A DNA stretch of 64,000 nt from NCBI GenBank assembly GCA_009914755.4, contig CP086569.2:8960001-9024000 (forward strand), read 5' to 3'. Every line of letters begins with the position of its first letter. Positions within the stretch are counted from its first letter, which is position 1. This document shows positions 20,339 through 35,300 of this stretch, piece by piece. Made by a program: the position numbers and the translations under genes. The notes below the pieces were generated by a model. That model worked only from the letters and a program-made list of their open reading frames with translations. It did not search any database and had not been told where the DNA came from. Source of the DNA: the human T2T-CHM13v2.0 reference genome, Homo sapiens.

Positions 20339-23300
20339 GGAATTAACTTTTATATTAATAGTAGGTGATGTAAGAAAGCAGGCCTTTATCAAGATAACTG
20401 ACACTGGATGTCCATACCATTACTCAGGTGGGCCTTAATTCCCAGCCAGGTTCCCTCCCTGGACACACACTGAAGGTCCCCAGCCATTTGGCAATCTCTT
20501 CACATTCCCAGCCCTGGAGGTAGCCCTAAAATACATGTACCTGAAGAAAATAAAACATTGCCTCACACTGGAGCCCAGTGTGGTCCTCCAGATTCCGTGT
20601 GAGGTGGACTAACTTATATGGGAAGGCAGGGCAGCAGGAGTGAGGATGGCAGAGAGGATTACACATGTCAAGGCAGCCGGGGTCATGGAAACAAAACATG
20701 ACTGGCCTGGGAGAAACACTGTGAAAGGACACAGACCTAGGTGGGCCTCAGGTGGACATCCTCATGGAGAAAAAGGGGGCCCTGGTTGATCTCAAAATGA
20801 GCCCCAGGTGGTAGCAGGTCTTACCGCAGGGCAGGGAGCTGGCGAGTAATGATGAGACAGCTATCCCTTAAGCCCTGCTTGTCACCCACTGACTTTAGCC
20901 ACATATGCATCATAGTGGCTTAAGGTGCCCCGATCCTGAAATGTGGGTGTTACATGTCCCTGATGGGCCTCTCTCCCCCAACCCACGGATTGCCTGGGAT
21001 TGCTCACTGCAGTCTCCTCCCGGATCCTTGGGTTCTCCATGTGGGGCCCAGATCCAGGTCAAAAGGCCTCTCAGTTCCCAGCCCTTCCCAGCCCTAGGCT
21101 GCTCGCCTGGCCTCCTCTCTGTTCCGCCTCTAGGGCTGACCCTCTCTCCATGGGATAGAACTGCAATGGATTGAGCCATAGGCCCTGGCTGATGATCTAG
21201 GGGACTGCAGAAGTGGGTCCAGGACAGTTCAGGTGACAGTTCAAAGCCAATTCCCCAGAGACCAAGGAATGACCAGCTAGGTCCTTTCCCATGATGCCCC
21301 ACGGCGAACCCCACCTCAGCAATCCTGCCAAAACCCGGGCAGTCATGTTCAGCCAAACAGCTGAATGAGCTCAGGTAGGAGGTGTACTGCCTGCAGCTGG
21401 AGGCTTGACCTTCGTGATCCCAGAACCGCTGGACTGCAGTGGAATGAGACACCCTGTAGCCTGCAGGGAGAGGAGTCAGGAAGGTTCATGCCAGTCCCAC
21501 CCTCCCACACACCAGCTCCCCTACCATGCTGGGAGGCATTCCTTACCGAGGATGCCAACACAGTGCTCCTTCATGATGATTTCACTGTGGAAATAAAGGT
21601 TGGGATGAAAGGAAATCATCCTGCCACCGGTAACCGGGATGGCTGAGTTCCTCCACCTGCCGGATCAAGGAGAAAGAGGATGGATTCAATGGGACCATCT
21701 CAACTAGCTGGGCTGAGGTGGCCTACTAGCTGTAGTGAACCATGAGTTTCCCCTTCCCAGCTCTCCCACTGAGACAACCCTGGTCCCCAGGGGGACCTCA
21801 AACTGACTCAGACACTGGACTCCTCCCACAGACCCAGGCTCCCCAGCCTGACCTGCAAATCCATCACGTAGCAAAGCAGGACTTCCGCATGCTTTCCGAC
21901 CCACGCCGACATCTCGGGTGTGCCAAACAATCTACCTCTGCGCAAGAACTCTCCAGAGGATTGGGTGGGCAAGCCTCGTGACGCCTTGCAATTTCGCAAG
22001 AACACAGACAATGTGGAACAGGGCCATCTCCCAGACATTTGGCCAGTCACCCTTCATTGTTGGCCCTCTATCTCTGTCTGGCGAGGAGGCAACGCCACAA
22101 CTGTGGTGGGTTTTGGAGTGGGTGGACCCCGGCCAAGACGGCCTGGGCTGACCAGAGACGGGAGGCAGAAAAAGTGGGCAGGTGGTTGCAGCTGAGGGAC
22201 GGGAGGGACCGGGGGTGGTGTGAGGCGGCTGCTTCTCTGAGTTTCTGAGATGCAGGAGGCCTTTGTGTGCTGGGTGCTGGACATGCTCCGCTGATGTCCG
22301 GGTGTGTGGTGTCCTCTTATCCTAGTCTCCCTGAGGGGTGGGCCTGTCCACCTGAGGGAAGCCTTGTAGTTAGAAGCCACAGCAGGGTCGTGCCTGGCGC
22401 TCTCCAAGGGAATTGCGTGGGTCCAGAGGAAGTTATACAGGCTCAGGGCCTACACGCCTTTGAGTGCAGCGCCTGCAGTTGGATGAATGCGCATCTGCGG
22501 AGCTGGTGCCCGCCGTCAGGTGGTCGGCAGCCCCATGCGCCGCGAACCCGTCTTAAGCACCTTGTGTTTCTGGGGTGAGCCTGCTGGAAACAGGCACCGA
22601 GAGCAGGGGTGGTTCAATGGCTGGTAATGGCATACAGATTCCCCGTCCTCCAGGGACGTTCCCAGGGAAACGCGTCCTTCGAATTTGGGCTGTGCGCAAA
22701 GGGACCTTGGCGCCGCGATTCTCCCTTGTCAGTGCTGGCCCTGGCTCCCCTTCCCTACCACGTGCTCCCAGGGCTGCTACAAGCGAGCTGCCCTCACAGC
22801 TGCGGGAACGTGGCCTCGGCTCCCACGCTGTCCCCCATCCCCTGCCTCCTGGCTGACCCCACGTGCCTCCCACCTGGCTCCTCCCCCCAAACAGCCCCCA
22901 TACCCCCGAGGCCCGATGACTATCCCCTGCTGCCCGCCATCCCAAATCGGCAGCCGCAAGGATATGGCTCTGGCTCACAAGGCGGAGATGCTCTGTGGCC
23001 TGGGGCATTCACGGAGCCCAGCTCCAAGTGAAGGACCTCCAGCGAGTCCATTGACGGCCCCGGTGTGCTCGGTCCAGGGCCAGGCTGTGCCCGCTGGCCC
23101 TCCTTCTGCCACCCCACGTCGGGCTCCACCTCAACCACCACCTCCACCTCAGCCATGATGTCTTCCACCTTCAGCACCGCCTCCTCTTCCAAGGCCGCCT
23201 CCTTGCTCTGTACCCCGGCCGTCCTCTCCAGCATTGCCTCCAGCCTGAACACGGTTTTCTCCTGGGTGCTCCCACAGACCCTGGGCCTGCGCAGCCCAGC

Positions 23301-26300
23301 CCAGCCCAGCCCATGCCCCGCACCCGTAGGCTCTGGGGGCCCGCTCCCCAGCAGACCCGCTCCCTGCAAGACCCACGGGCGTCGCCCTGCTGTGAACCTG
23401 GTCCCACACCTACGTGGACCCAGGTTTCCTGAGGAGCTCCGCTGGACCCGCAGATCCCGCACTGGCCAAAGGGCTCCGGTCCCCAGCAGGCTCAACTGCG
23501 CACAGGAGCTCGGGAGCCAGAGGCCCCGGCCCTGGGCTTGCAGAGCCCCACCAACAGGCACCGCAACCGCTGCTGCGGGTGCGGGAGCCTCTGGGTCGTC
23601 AAGGCAGCGCACAACAGCGTGCGCGCAGGCCGACAATGGCCAACCCTGGCGGCTGGCCTCTGGTGTGCCCAGGGCATAGGACAAGAGGCCCTTTGGAATG
23701 CTCCTTGGAGTACAGCATCCTCAGGGAGGAAGCATGGTACTCGGAGCCTCTATTTGCCTCGACCTGTGAGAGTGTGTGCCGGGGCTCTGGCCTCTACAGC
23801 AGATCAATTCCACCTCAGCACCGGCAGGCGACTTTCCTCCCACGTGCCCGCCCCGATCACTTCCCCCAGGACACCCCTGCCGCCCTAGCCCCAGCAACCA
23901 GAGAGAGTTCTCTGCATCTGCTGTATTACCTCCGTACCATCTACCTGGCCTGCCTAACGAAGAGAGATGTTTCCTGTGTTCATGACACATAGAGATGTTC
24001 ATGGCTTGCCACACTGAGGATGTCAGGGCACAGGGCTGCCATGCCCACAATTCCAAAGGCCACGCAGCCCGCGTGTGCCCGGATGCCTAGCTACCCGGCA
24101 CAAGCTCCAAGGGCTTCTCGGAGGAGGCTTGGGCAGGGAAGGCGGGGGGTGGGGGGGCTGGAGATGCAGGCCCGCCAGTGGCTGTGCCGCCCAGGGAGAC
24201 GCCCACCGCCCTCCCATTGACTGGCCACGACGGGAGGAAGTCGGCCTGGGTGCGGCCCCCCGGCCCTTCGCGCGCAGTCCCTTAGGGGGCGCCTGGAAGC
24301 CCGGCGCATGCGCCCTGAGGGCTCGCTGACCTACTGGGTGCCAGAGAGGCTGCGGCAGGGTTTCTGTGGCGTGGGTCGGGCAGCACAGGCCTTGGTGTGT
24401 GCGAGTGCCAAGGAGGGCACCGCCTTCAGGATGGAGGCTGTACAGGAGGGGGCGGCCGGGGTGGAGAGTGAGCAGGCGGCTTTGGGGGAGGAGGCGGTGC
24501 TGCTGTTGGATGACATAATGGCGGAGGTGGAGGTGGTGGCGGAGGAGGAGGGCCTCGTGGAGCGGCGGGAGGAGGCCCAGCGGGCACAGCAGGCTGTGCC
24601 TGGCCCTGGGCCCATGACCCCAGAGTCTGCACTGGAGGAGCTGCTGGCCGTTCAGGTGGAGCTGGAGCCGGTTAATGCCCAAGCCAGGAAGGCCTTTTCT
24701 CGGCAGCGGGAAAAGATGGAGCGGAGGCGCAAGCCCCAGCTAGACCGCAGAGGCGCCGTCATCCAGAGCGTCCCTGGCTTCTGGGCCAATGTTGTATCCT
24801 TCTCAGTGTTTCTTCGGCCTTTCTAGTGGAGAGGTGCTCTCGGGGAAGTGTAAGTGACCGATGGGCAGCTCGGCGTCGATGTGACTCTTTGGGGAACAAA
24901 GGGGAGTTGCCACGGACCAATGTGGCTGTGGAAAGCCGGAGCAGGCGTGGGTACTATTGTCCTGCATGCGGCAGAGAAACCCTTGGTGATGCCGAGCAGC
25001 AGACGTTTGGGGCATCTTTTTGAAGAGCAGAAGCGAGTTCAGAGCGGAAGAGGTTTTTCAGTGAATGAAGCTATTTTTAAGGGAGTGTGATTGCTGCCCC
25101 TTGCTAGTCCGATCTGGGACTGGGCGTCTTCGGCTATAAGCAGATTCTGCCACTCCTCAGACACCAGCAAGTCTCTGCAAATCGCGCCTCCCCATGTCAG
25201 TGCAGTCAGCCTCAGAATCATACACCCTCTGTGAACACAGGAGGCCTTAGTTTACGGGGAGGGGGAGGCGAAAGGAGATCATACATGGAAGCAGATCTGA
25301 GAAATCCCCTACCCCAGCCTCTGGGTGCTCTTAGGCCTTCTTCCCTGTTGCTCCTCGCTTTCCCTTCCATCGTGTGTAAAGTCTCTTTGACCTAAATCAG
25401 ATTGCAAACCACCCCCAGATGTCAGCCCTGATCACTGACGAAGATGAAGACATGCTGAGCTACATGGTCAGCCTGGAGGTGAGGCCAGGAAGACTGGGGC
25501 TAGAGGGTTTAGCGGGGGAGGGTAAGGGAAATAATTCATTCCTGTAAGCAAGAGTGAGCACCTCACCCGAAAACCTATCTAAGCTTTCTCCACCTTGTCC
25601 TGACAGGTGGAAGAAGAGAAGCATCCTGTTCATCTCTGCAAGATCATGTTGTTCTTTCGGAGTAACCCCTACTTCCAGAATAAAGTGATTACCAAGGAAT
25701 ATCTGGTGAACATCACAGGTGACAGGTGGCTCCCAGGATGGGTAGTGGAAGGAAGATGGTGGGTGGATCATTGCCAACGGGATCCAGCCCCCTTCCCACA
25801 AAAACTCCTGTCTCTGTAGAATACAGGGCTTCTCATTCCACTCCAATTGAGTGGTATCCGGATTATGAAGTGGAGGCCTATCGCCGCAGACACCACAACA
25901 GCAGCCTTAACTTCTTCAACTGGTTCTCTGACCACAACTTCGCAGGATCTAACAAGATTGCTGAGGTGAGTCCTCACTGGGAAACATGAGGAATGACCCC
26001 GTGTGTTCCCAGCTGCTTGGGTCACCTTTCTGAGCCCTGATGAGGCCTTTCCCGATTGAGTCCCCTGACAGATCCTATGTAAGGACCTGTGGCGCAATCC
26101 CCTGCAATACTACAAGAGGATGAAGCCACCTGAAGAGGGAACAGAGACGTCAGGTGAGCCGTTAGTTGGCACTGGAGCTGTTTGATGCCCAGTATAAGGG
26201 GGTTGACACACCTGCCTATTCAGGGAGCCTGGGTGCTCATTTCAGAAATGTAGAAATTGAGGCTCCTTTCGTACATGTAGAAATTCCTTGAGAGGAAGAC

Positions 26301-29300
26301 AGAGAGTGACAGAATCCAGGACGTTCATGGCATTGGGCTGAAAAGGCACGTTAGAGACTGCACTGCAAAGCGGGTGATAGCTGTGGAGTCTTAAGCCCAG
26401 TGAAGAATCGTCCATTTCCAGAATCAATGAGAAGTAAAGCTGAAAATCATTCAGTTCAGTCTGTGGCACTTGATTCCACGGCTGTCAACCCCACCGGCAG
26501 TCATCCCACCAACCCCATGAGATTGGGCTCCCTGAATGTGCGTCCTGGTCATCCTTGCCCCAAACCACAAAGGACTGTTTAGATTGATGGATTTCCTTAA
26601 GCTGTTGCCCCATCAGACTTGTGTGTGCTTTTAGGGCCCAGTGCATCTTGTTAGCTGACTCCCCTCACAGACAATACTGGGAATGGGGCAGGGATTGCGC
26701 AGAACAGTTTGTAACACGTGGTAGGAGGAAGTTTAAGGGATCACAAATGGGGAAGGGATATCCTTTTCTCAGCGGGCCCCACAATTGAAACATTTCAAAG
26801 TATGGCTCAGAGAAAATGCGTTTTAACATGAGTTTGTGTTTCTCTAGGGGACTCCCAGTTGTTGAGTTGAATATGATGGAGCATCAGATTTTACCTAATA
26901 CAGCAGAACTCCTAAAAAGTTACAGCCATATGCAGGACGGCAGTACTCAGCATGGTCTTATGCACAGGAACTAAAGGAAAAAGAGATCGAGTCACAAAAA
27001 TTCAGGAAGAGGGGGTAAATGTGGATTGTATGGAATGAAAAATAAACATTCTCAAGGATGTGTGACTCTGTGTCTGTGTGTGTGTGTGTGTCTTTGTGTT
27101 TGTGTGTGTGTGTGTGTGTATGTTTATCCACTTTATTCGGGTGTCATAATGAATTGATCAATCCACGTGCTTTATTCTCTTCATGGAAATAACCAGTCTG
27201 CGTTGGAGCTGGGCCTCTAAAGTTGTAGAGTGAATGGGTGTGGGATGTGTTGGGATTCTTCCTACAGGACAGAGTGGGAGAGGTAAAAGCAAAAGACAGC
27301 TTAGTTGGAGGCTGACTTCGTCCTGTGGAAGCAGAGATAGTTCAAGGAAAGGGGTTACTGGGTTTCCAGGGCCCAGTTTGCTGGGACCTCCAAAATCCTT
27401 CATTTTGGGTATCATCATACACAGTAGCTAAGCACAGGATGATGGAAATCTTAAAGTTCGCTTTCGTGTTGAATCCACATGTTCTTTTAAAGGTGAATGC
27501 ATGATCCTTTTCTGGGACAATCAGCCTCTCAGGACTTCTGAAACATCAACGTGAGAAGAAATGGGCATGCAAGGTGTATGGAGGGACTGTGGGAAAGGTG
27601 ACAGAGGCATGTGGGAAGGCATTCAGCATACGCTTTTGGTAGAGATGACTAAGGGAAAACAGAAACTTACAGAAGTGAGGGGAAAGGGGGTGGATTAGTG
27701 GAATATAAGATTGTTGGAGAATCCATCCATGGACTCTCTTGTCACTTGATGACCCAGGATATGGACACTCTTGTTGATGTTTACATCTTTAGTTGTTTTA
27801 AGCTTTTCTCCAAGATTCTGTGTTAGGTGAGGAGCCAATAACGTATGTAGCTAACAACAGTACGAGTGCATTTTGTGCTCTTGCAAAGTCTAGTGAGGCT
27901 CTATTCTCCCTCGTGATTGGCACTGCAGATTGTATCTGGAGCCCAGGGCCCCTAAATTTTCTGTGGCCTCTTCAGCATAGTTTGCCTAAGGTTTAGAACG
28001 TAAAGCGAATATAGTTGCGGAATATGTTTTGCAAGCCTCACACAGGAGGACAAAACATACAGCTTTCATTCGCGAGTGGGAGGCTGCTTCCCAGGAACAC
28101 GTGTGTCTGCACAAGACAAGGGGTTGCCTCTGTCAAGGATGGGGCAGGAGGATTTCAGTGTCGGAGGCAGAACTTTCTTTCCTGTTCCCAGATGAAACAG
28201 TTCCAACACGAGCATCCATGTTGACCACACGCTACTAGAGTGCTAACATTGCTGTCCCGTATAGACTCTGGTCAGCACAGCTTCTGTGAGAAGAGCTATG
28301 TTGTTTCAGGGAAGAGGGTTTGACAGTCAAAGTTCCTGAATCTGTTGTGGTGCCTGCAATATGCATTCTACCCCTCCTGCTCGGTGTCAAAGCAGTTGAG
28401 CTTTGAAAATCTATCGCCCGGTTTTGTCCCTGCTCCTATGCAGACCTCTGAAGCTCTGGAGCGGGAGTCTTGTCCTCCTCTGACTACCGTCCCCCTGACC
28501 CACAAACACAGGAGAAACAGGTGTTCTAAGCAAATTATTCTGAAAACAGTCGGAACCCTTTGGCCCCCTCAAGCTGCCCTGTATCCTACTGTGTGCATGT
28601 CAAAGACACTGTGGTCCAGTACGGTATCCCTATAGCGGCAATGGGGCAACAGATTGGTGTGTGCACTCTGGGCAACTCAGATTAGGAAACGTCTGGGGAC
28701 TTGCCTATAACGAGGTCGTCTTAAAACGTGTTGCCCCAAATTTAAGGCATAGGAAAATGTTGAGGAAAGGGTCTTGCAATGATTTTTCTAGGAGGTAAAT
28801 AGATAAGAAAATGACCGTAAATAGATGCCAGGGCTAGTTTTGGAGCTAGCCTGTTTTAAAGTGGTGGTAGGGGAGGAGCTTTTTCCAAGGCAGGTAGCAA
28901 ACCAGGAACTGTCTACGATGGATGGGCGTGCCACGGGTTGGTGGCTCAGCCATATTGCCACCCCACCGAGTGAATGCAGCAGACTGGGCTTCTTCCTTGA
29001 ATCCTACGTGCAATTCAGTCTAGTGATTTCACATGAGATCCCTTCTTCTGGTATTATCACAGATCGTGCTGAATTATACAGGCTGTGTAATGCTTCTTCC
29101 ACTGAATATCCGTGCACGTGGGCCACAGATGCTAAGGGCACTGACAAATTTGCACCGTGCCTCAGTAACTCGGAAGCACATCTGTGATTTGTACCGACAG
29201 GGACTTGGTGTCTTTTCGTGTTTAAAGTAGCACGTGTGTGTTTGTGGTTGCGTATGTTTATTTCTCTGTGCGGGTTTGTATATTTTCTCTGACTCCACCT

Positions 29301-32300
29301 GTGTCTCCGTGGTTCCGATATTTTTCCACACTCCCTGCGACAATTTGCACATGCCTATCTCTACAACCATTGTAGACTTTGTATCTGTGTCTTTGAACAT
29401 CTGTCACTCTCTCTCCCTTCCTTTTTTCTTTTCCTTCCTTTACACCCCTTTCATCCTTCCCTTGCTTCCCCACCACACTCTCTCCATCTGTATCGTCTAT
29501 GTTTCTATTCTCTATCTGGGTTTACTTTCTAATTCTGAATTCAAGGGCATTGAATTGAAAAGAAGCACTCTTCGTACTTTTATGTGTTTTAACTCATTTG
29601 GGGAATTTGGCGTGGTATTATTTACAGGGTTCTCTCTGCCCTTTCTCATTGTTCTCCCCAGCCGGGGCTGTTATTATGTGAAAGCTGGTTTCCTTCATCA
29701 CATCGCGTAGGCTCTAATGATGTTTCGTTTATTTTGATTCTCCTCACACTACATAGTTTTAATTTACCTAATGTGACTGTTTTTTTGTTTGTTTTCCGAG
29801 AATGGGTCTTACTCTGTCTTCTAGGTTGGACAGCAGCCCCACGATCTCAGCCCACTGCAGCCCAGGCACCACACACCCATGTGATCCTGTCAACTCAGAC
29901 TCTCACACACCTGGCAGTACAGGTGCATGCCACCCCTCCAAGCTATGTATTAATTAACTAAATACTTACTTTTTGAATGTGGGTCCATGTTGCCCCAGGC
30001 TCATCTGGAACTCCTGAGTGCAGGCAATCCTCCCACCTCAGCTTATCAAAGTGCTGGGATGACAGGTGTGACCCATGGCCCTGCCATGGCTTTGTGTTTT
30101 TTGCTTTTTTCTTCCTCCTCCTCACGTCTTGTTTTGAAACATGCACTGAAGGTTTCAATTCATGGACTATAGTCTCTGTGCCTGGAATTTCTATCTTTCA
30201 ACTCATCATCAGCATTCATTGGGATTTTCATATATATATACACCTATATAAGAATACCTATGTACACACATATATACGTATATACATGTATATACGTATA
30301 TATGCACATTTATATACGTATATACATGTATATACGTATATATATACATGTACACATATGTATTTATTTCTCAAGTTACGAAACGGCTTGCATTCTTTCC
30401 TGTGTCATGAAAAAGACTTTGCTAGAAAAGAAAAGCACTGCTTTATAATAAAATATTTTATTTGCATTTATTTTGTTAAGGCATTTTAAAAATTGTATGT
30501 TTGTTTAAAAAATGTCATATGAAATGATACATATTTACAACTTAAGGCGTGATGTTCAACAGGTCATATACATTATGCATTGGATACATCCAGCCAATCA
30601 ACATATGTGTGACCTCACATAGTTGTCATTTTTGTTGTGAAAAAACTTGACCTGCACTGTATTCGAATATTTTTAGAGAAAGAATATGTTACCACTAGTT
30701 ATAGTGAGCATGCTGAAGAAAATATTTTTAACCTATTCCTCCTTTATAACTAGAAGTATGAGTTCTTCATCCAGCATCTCGTCAGTGCACCCTCTTCACC
30801 GCAGTCATTGGAGTCACTACTTCTGTGAAGTCCGCTTTTTTGATTTCATATAAGAATGAGATCATGTGCTACTTTCCTTTCTGATACCTGGCTTATGTCA
30901 CTTAACAGAATGGCATGCACACATTCAGCAGATTCCCACACATTCTCACAACTGGCAGGATTTCCTGATTTCTTATTGCAGCGCATATTTCCGTTGCGCA
31001 TATGCGTTTTTGCCCCATTTTTTAATCCACTTATCAATGGAGGGACTCTCAGGTTGCTTCCGCATTTTGGCTACAGCAAAAATGTAATGAGTGCAGCAAT
31101 AATTGCATGGGTGCGCGCACCGCTTCAACATACTGATCTGTGTACTGGCGGGCGTGCCCGGGTATTCTGATTTGCTGGATCATATAGTGGGTGGTTCTAC
31201 TTGTAGATTTCTGAAGGCTGTTTATACTTAAATAAGAGCCATAAAGCTTCTTTAATGCCAGCACTAATTTACATTCTCCCCAAAAGTGAGCAGGGAATTC
31301 GTTTTCTCTGCCTCCTCACCAGAGATTAGGGTTTTCTTTTCTTTCTTTTTTTTTTTTTGTTTGTTTGTCTTTCGGATAATATGCATTCTGACTGAAGTGA
31401 GAAGAAATCTCATTGTGTTTTTGATTTGCATTTTCGTGATGGATTGGGGATAATGAGGAATTTTTAGTGTGTCTTCTGGGCAACTGTATGTCTCAGTTTC
31501 ACAAATGAGTCTTCGCAGCCTTCGCCCATTTGTTTTCATGCTATTGAGTTGTTGGGAGTTCCTTATGTACTGTGACTATTCCCCCATGAACAGATGTATG
31601 GTGATCCAATCATTGCTCCCATCCTGTAGGATGCCCCTTCTGTATGTTGAGTTTTCTATGGTGTGGTGAAGCACTTTAGTTTGATATGATTCCATTCTCT
31701 ATTTTTGATGGTGTTTACTGTGTTCTTGCAGTCACTTTGAGACCATCATTGCACACACGGACGCCATGGAGCTTCTTCCTTGTGATCTCTTCTGCTATTT
31801 TTATCGTTTCACATCTGACACTGGAGTTTGGTGATAAATAATCCACTTGTAAAATCCTTTGTGTGGCTATTCAGATTTCCCCAACCTAGTTTATAGAAGA
31901 TACTTGATTTTGCATTGGGCGTTCTTGCTTCTTTGGGAAAAGGCTGTGAGCTGCAAATGCAGTGACTTAGTTCTGGGCTCCTGTTGTTTTTCCTAAGCTC
32001 TAGTCTCTGCTTTTCTGCCAGTGCTATTGTATTTTGGTACAAAAAGTTTTGTAGTAGTATATCATGAAGTTAGGTAGTGTGGTGGCTCCAGCTTTGTGCT
32101 TTTTACTGGATTGCTCTGGGTTTTCAGGATCTTCTGCCATTTCATAGCAAATTTGGGATTCCCAGATTGTTTTTCTAAGAAGAATGTGTCATTGATATTT
32201 TTACAGGGGTTGTATAGAATCTGAGGATGACTCAGGTAGTAGTGATGTCAATGCCGTTTAGACAATGTGCGTGTTTGTGTGCACAAGCTCAGGGCCAAGA

Positions 32301-35300
32301 GACACTGGGTGTCCTCACCAATACTGAGGTGGGCCTTAATATCCAGCCAGATTGCCTTCTGGAAACACACGGAATGTCCTGTTCTGTTTTGCCATCTCTT
32401 CACATTTCCTCCCCTGTGAGCCCTGTGTGGTCCTCCAGATTCCCTGTGCGGTGGCCTGCCTTTTTTGGGGTGGGGAGTTGCTGGGTGAATGAGGATGGCG
32501 GAGGGAACCAAGCATGTCAGTGGAGCGTGGTGTCATCCAAACGGTACTTAGCAGGCCTGGGAGAGTCATTCTGGGAGGACGCAGACCTAGAGAGGCCTCA
32601 GGTGGGCATCTGTGTGGAGGGTGAGAGATCCCTGGTTGAGCCCAAACTGAACCCCAGGTAGAAGCAAGCCTCAGGACAGGGAAGTAGCTAGCAAGGGATG
32701 ATGAGGCAGCTATCTCTTGACCCTGGCTTCCCACCCATTGACCTTAGCTACTTATGCCTATTAAGCAGATTACGGTTCCCCCATCGTGAAATGTGGGTAC
32801 CACAGTTCCCTGATGGGCATTTCTCCACCAGCCCATGATGGCCTGAGTTTCCTTACTGCAGTCTCCTCCCTGAGCCTTGGCTTCTCTATGTGTGTCCTAA
32901 CTCCAGGACCCACAGGCCTGTCAACCCCCAGCCCTGGGCTGCTTCCCTGGCCTCTTCTCTGTTCCCTCTCTGAGGGCCTAACTCCCTTGGGTAGTGCTGC
33001 AGAATATAGAGCCACAGGCCCTGGCTGATGATCTGGTGGACTGGGCAAATTGGTCGTGACAGGTCAGGTTCTGGTTCAAAGCCAATTCCTCCGATGCCAA
33101 GGAATGTCGAAGAAGGTCCTTTGCCATGATGCCCCATAGCTGCCCCACCTCAGCAATCGTGCCGTAACCTGGGCCCTCACAGTCAGACAACCAGCTGAAG
33201 AAGCTCAGGCAGTGACCTGCGGGAAACTCGGGCTTTCACCTGCATGACCCTAGAACCACTGGACTGCAGTGGAGCCAGTCGCCCTGTATCCTGGAGGGAG
33301 ACGAGTCAGGAAGGCGCACGCCAGGCCCAGCTCCCGAGGTACTACCCCCTGTACTCCTCAGGGAGGATGCCAACGCAATACTCCTTAGTCATCACTTTGT
33401 TTCCGAAGTAAATGTTGTGATGAAAGGCAAACTTCTTCCTACCCCTTGTATTCAGGGTGGCCGAGTTCCTCCACCTGCCTGTCCAAGAAGGAGAAACAGG
33501 GCTGTGAAGGGGCAATTTCATCTAGGTGGGCTGAGGTGGCATTCTAGCCGGGGTGAAGCATGCGTTTCCCCTTCCCAGCTTTCCCGCTGAGACACACCTG
33601 AGCCCCAGAAGGACCTCAACCTGACCAGGACCTTAGCACCCTCCCCCAGACCCAGGCTTTCCATCCTGACCTGCAAATCCAACATGCAGCTTTGAAGGAC
33701 TTTCTCATGGTTTCTGAGCTCCTTGCTCTCACCAGAAAGAATCAGAACTTTTAAAGTGTTCTTTATGCCAACTTAAATTTTTCATTTTTACTACCTCATG
33801 TTTTGGATGAGGCATGTATTTTTAAATTTATTTTCACCCTTATTGTACCTCTATGATAAACTGCTTGCTTACATTCATACCGTAATTATCTCTCAGGTTA
33901 CTTGTCTGTTCCTAAAGATTCACTGAAACGAAGAATTCTATATATGCTTGTATCTTTCAGCAACCGTATGTCAGATAGCACTGCACATTACTGCAGACAT
34001 CGCATATACAGGTCCAAAGGTAGAGGAAGAAGAAGAAAGCAAGCGTTAAACTCTATTCATTCCTAAAAGCATATCAGAAACTCACAAATAACAGTGAAAT
34101 CAAAGAATGATCACAGCCAATTCCATTACATACCTAGACTGAAATACGAAACTTCAAAGAAAAGAAACATTAGAACTTTGGGTTTGTAAAAATTTTCCTA
34201 TATAGATAAAATTATTGGTAACTGTGTCTCACTAGAAAACGTAAACAAAAATCCATGTTTTTCATATTTGTAAATATACATAGTTTTATTTCCATCAGTT
34301 ATGACATGCAAGCAAGTAATAAAGTGAAAGTACAATCAAATGATATATGGAACTTCCTCAGTCTTAAAATATTCCATGGAGACTATCAATTTTATGAAAA
34401 CTATAAAGAATGCTTCATGAAACTACATTGTACAGTGCCATTTACTATTTTACTGACATTTTAAATAATCAACAATTAAAGGGAATACGTCAACATTATT
34501 TAATACCAATAACGTTATTTTTCTTGAGTAATCCTGTTGAAATTAAGGATTTTAAATAAAACATTAAAAACAAATTATATTGACTGATTTCAGCTTTGGA
34601 TGAAATCATACTTGTGTATTTGTAGTAATGCGAAGCATAACTTTCTCCTCACAATTAATCTTTTATAACATCGGTGTTATAGTTTTCTCTGACACCAACA
34701 TTGTGATATCGCACAGGTTTACTGCATGCATGCATTACATGCCTCCAGAGAGTAGGCTTCAAATATATGGAAAAATTATATTTATGAAAAAATTCTAGGA
34801 AAGGGAATGGTGAAATGGAAGAGAATTTCTCACTTGCTAACTGTTGGACATGGATTTGTATATATTTGGATATAGACACATACTGGCACACTGTGAGTTT
34901 GCCCATGTATATATACACTTATATGAGAAACCCATAATATATGGGTTGTGTAATCTTTTAATTAATCCATAATTGTATGTGTGTGAAATTAGATAAGCGG
35001 TTACCTTTTCTTTACTCAATTTGATGGAAAGCCAAAAAACTCTGTCCACCTTCATTTCAATTAATCCAATACTGTTAACTGCTGGTAGCTTCATTCTCCT
35101 TGTTCTCTTACGGCAACCGGAAAGTTAATTCTCGCTCTAATTTGGCTTTCAAGGTGCGATCAACAAGAGTGTCACCTTGCTGTGGATTGTGACCTCTGAC
35201 TCCACCTCTGTCTTCCTTTTGCAGTCCTACCTTTGCATAGGTAACAAACTTTGTACATGGTTAAAAGGATAAAAGTTCAGTGAAATGTCAAGCCATGCTG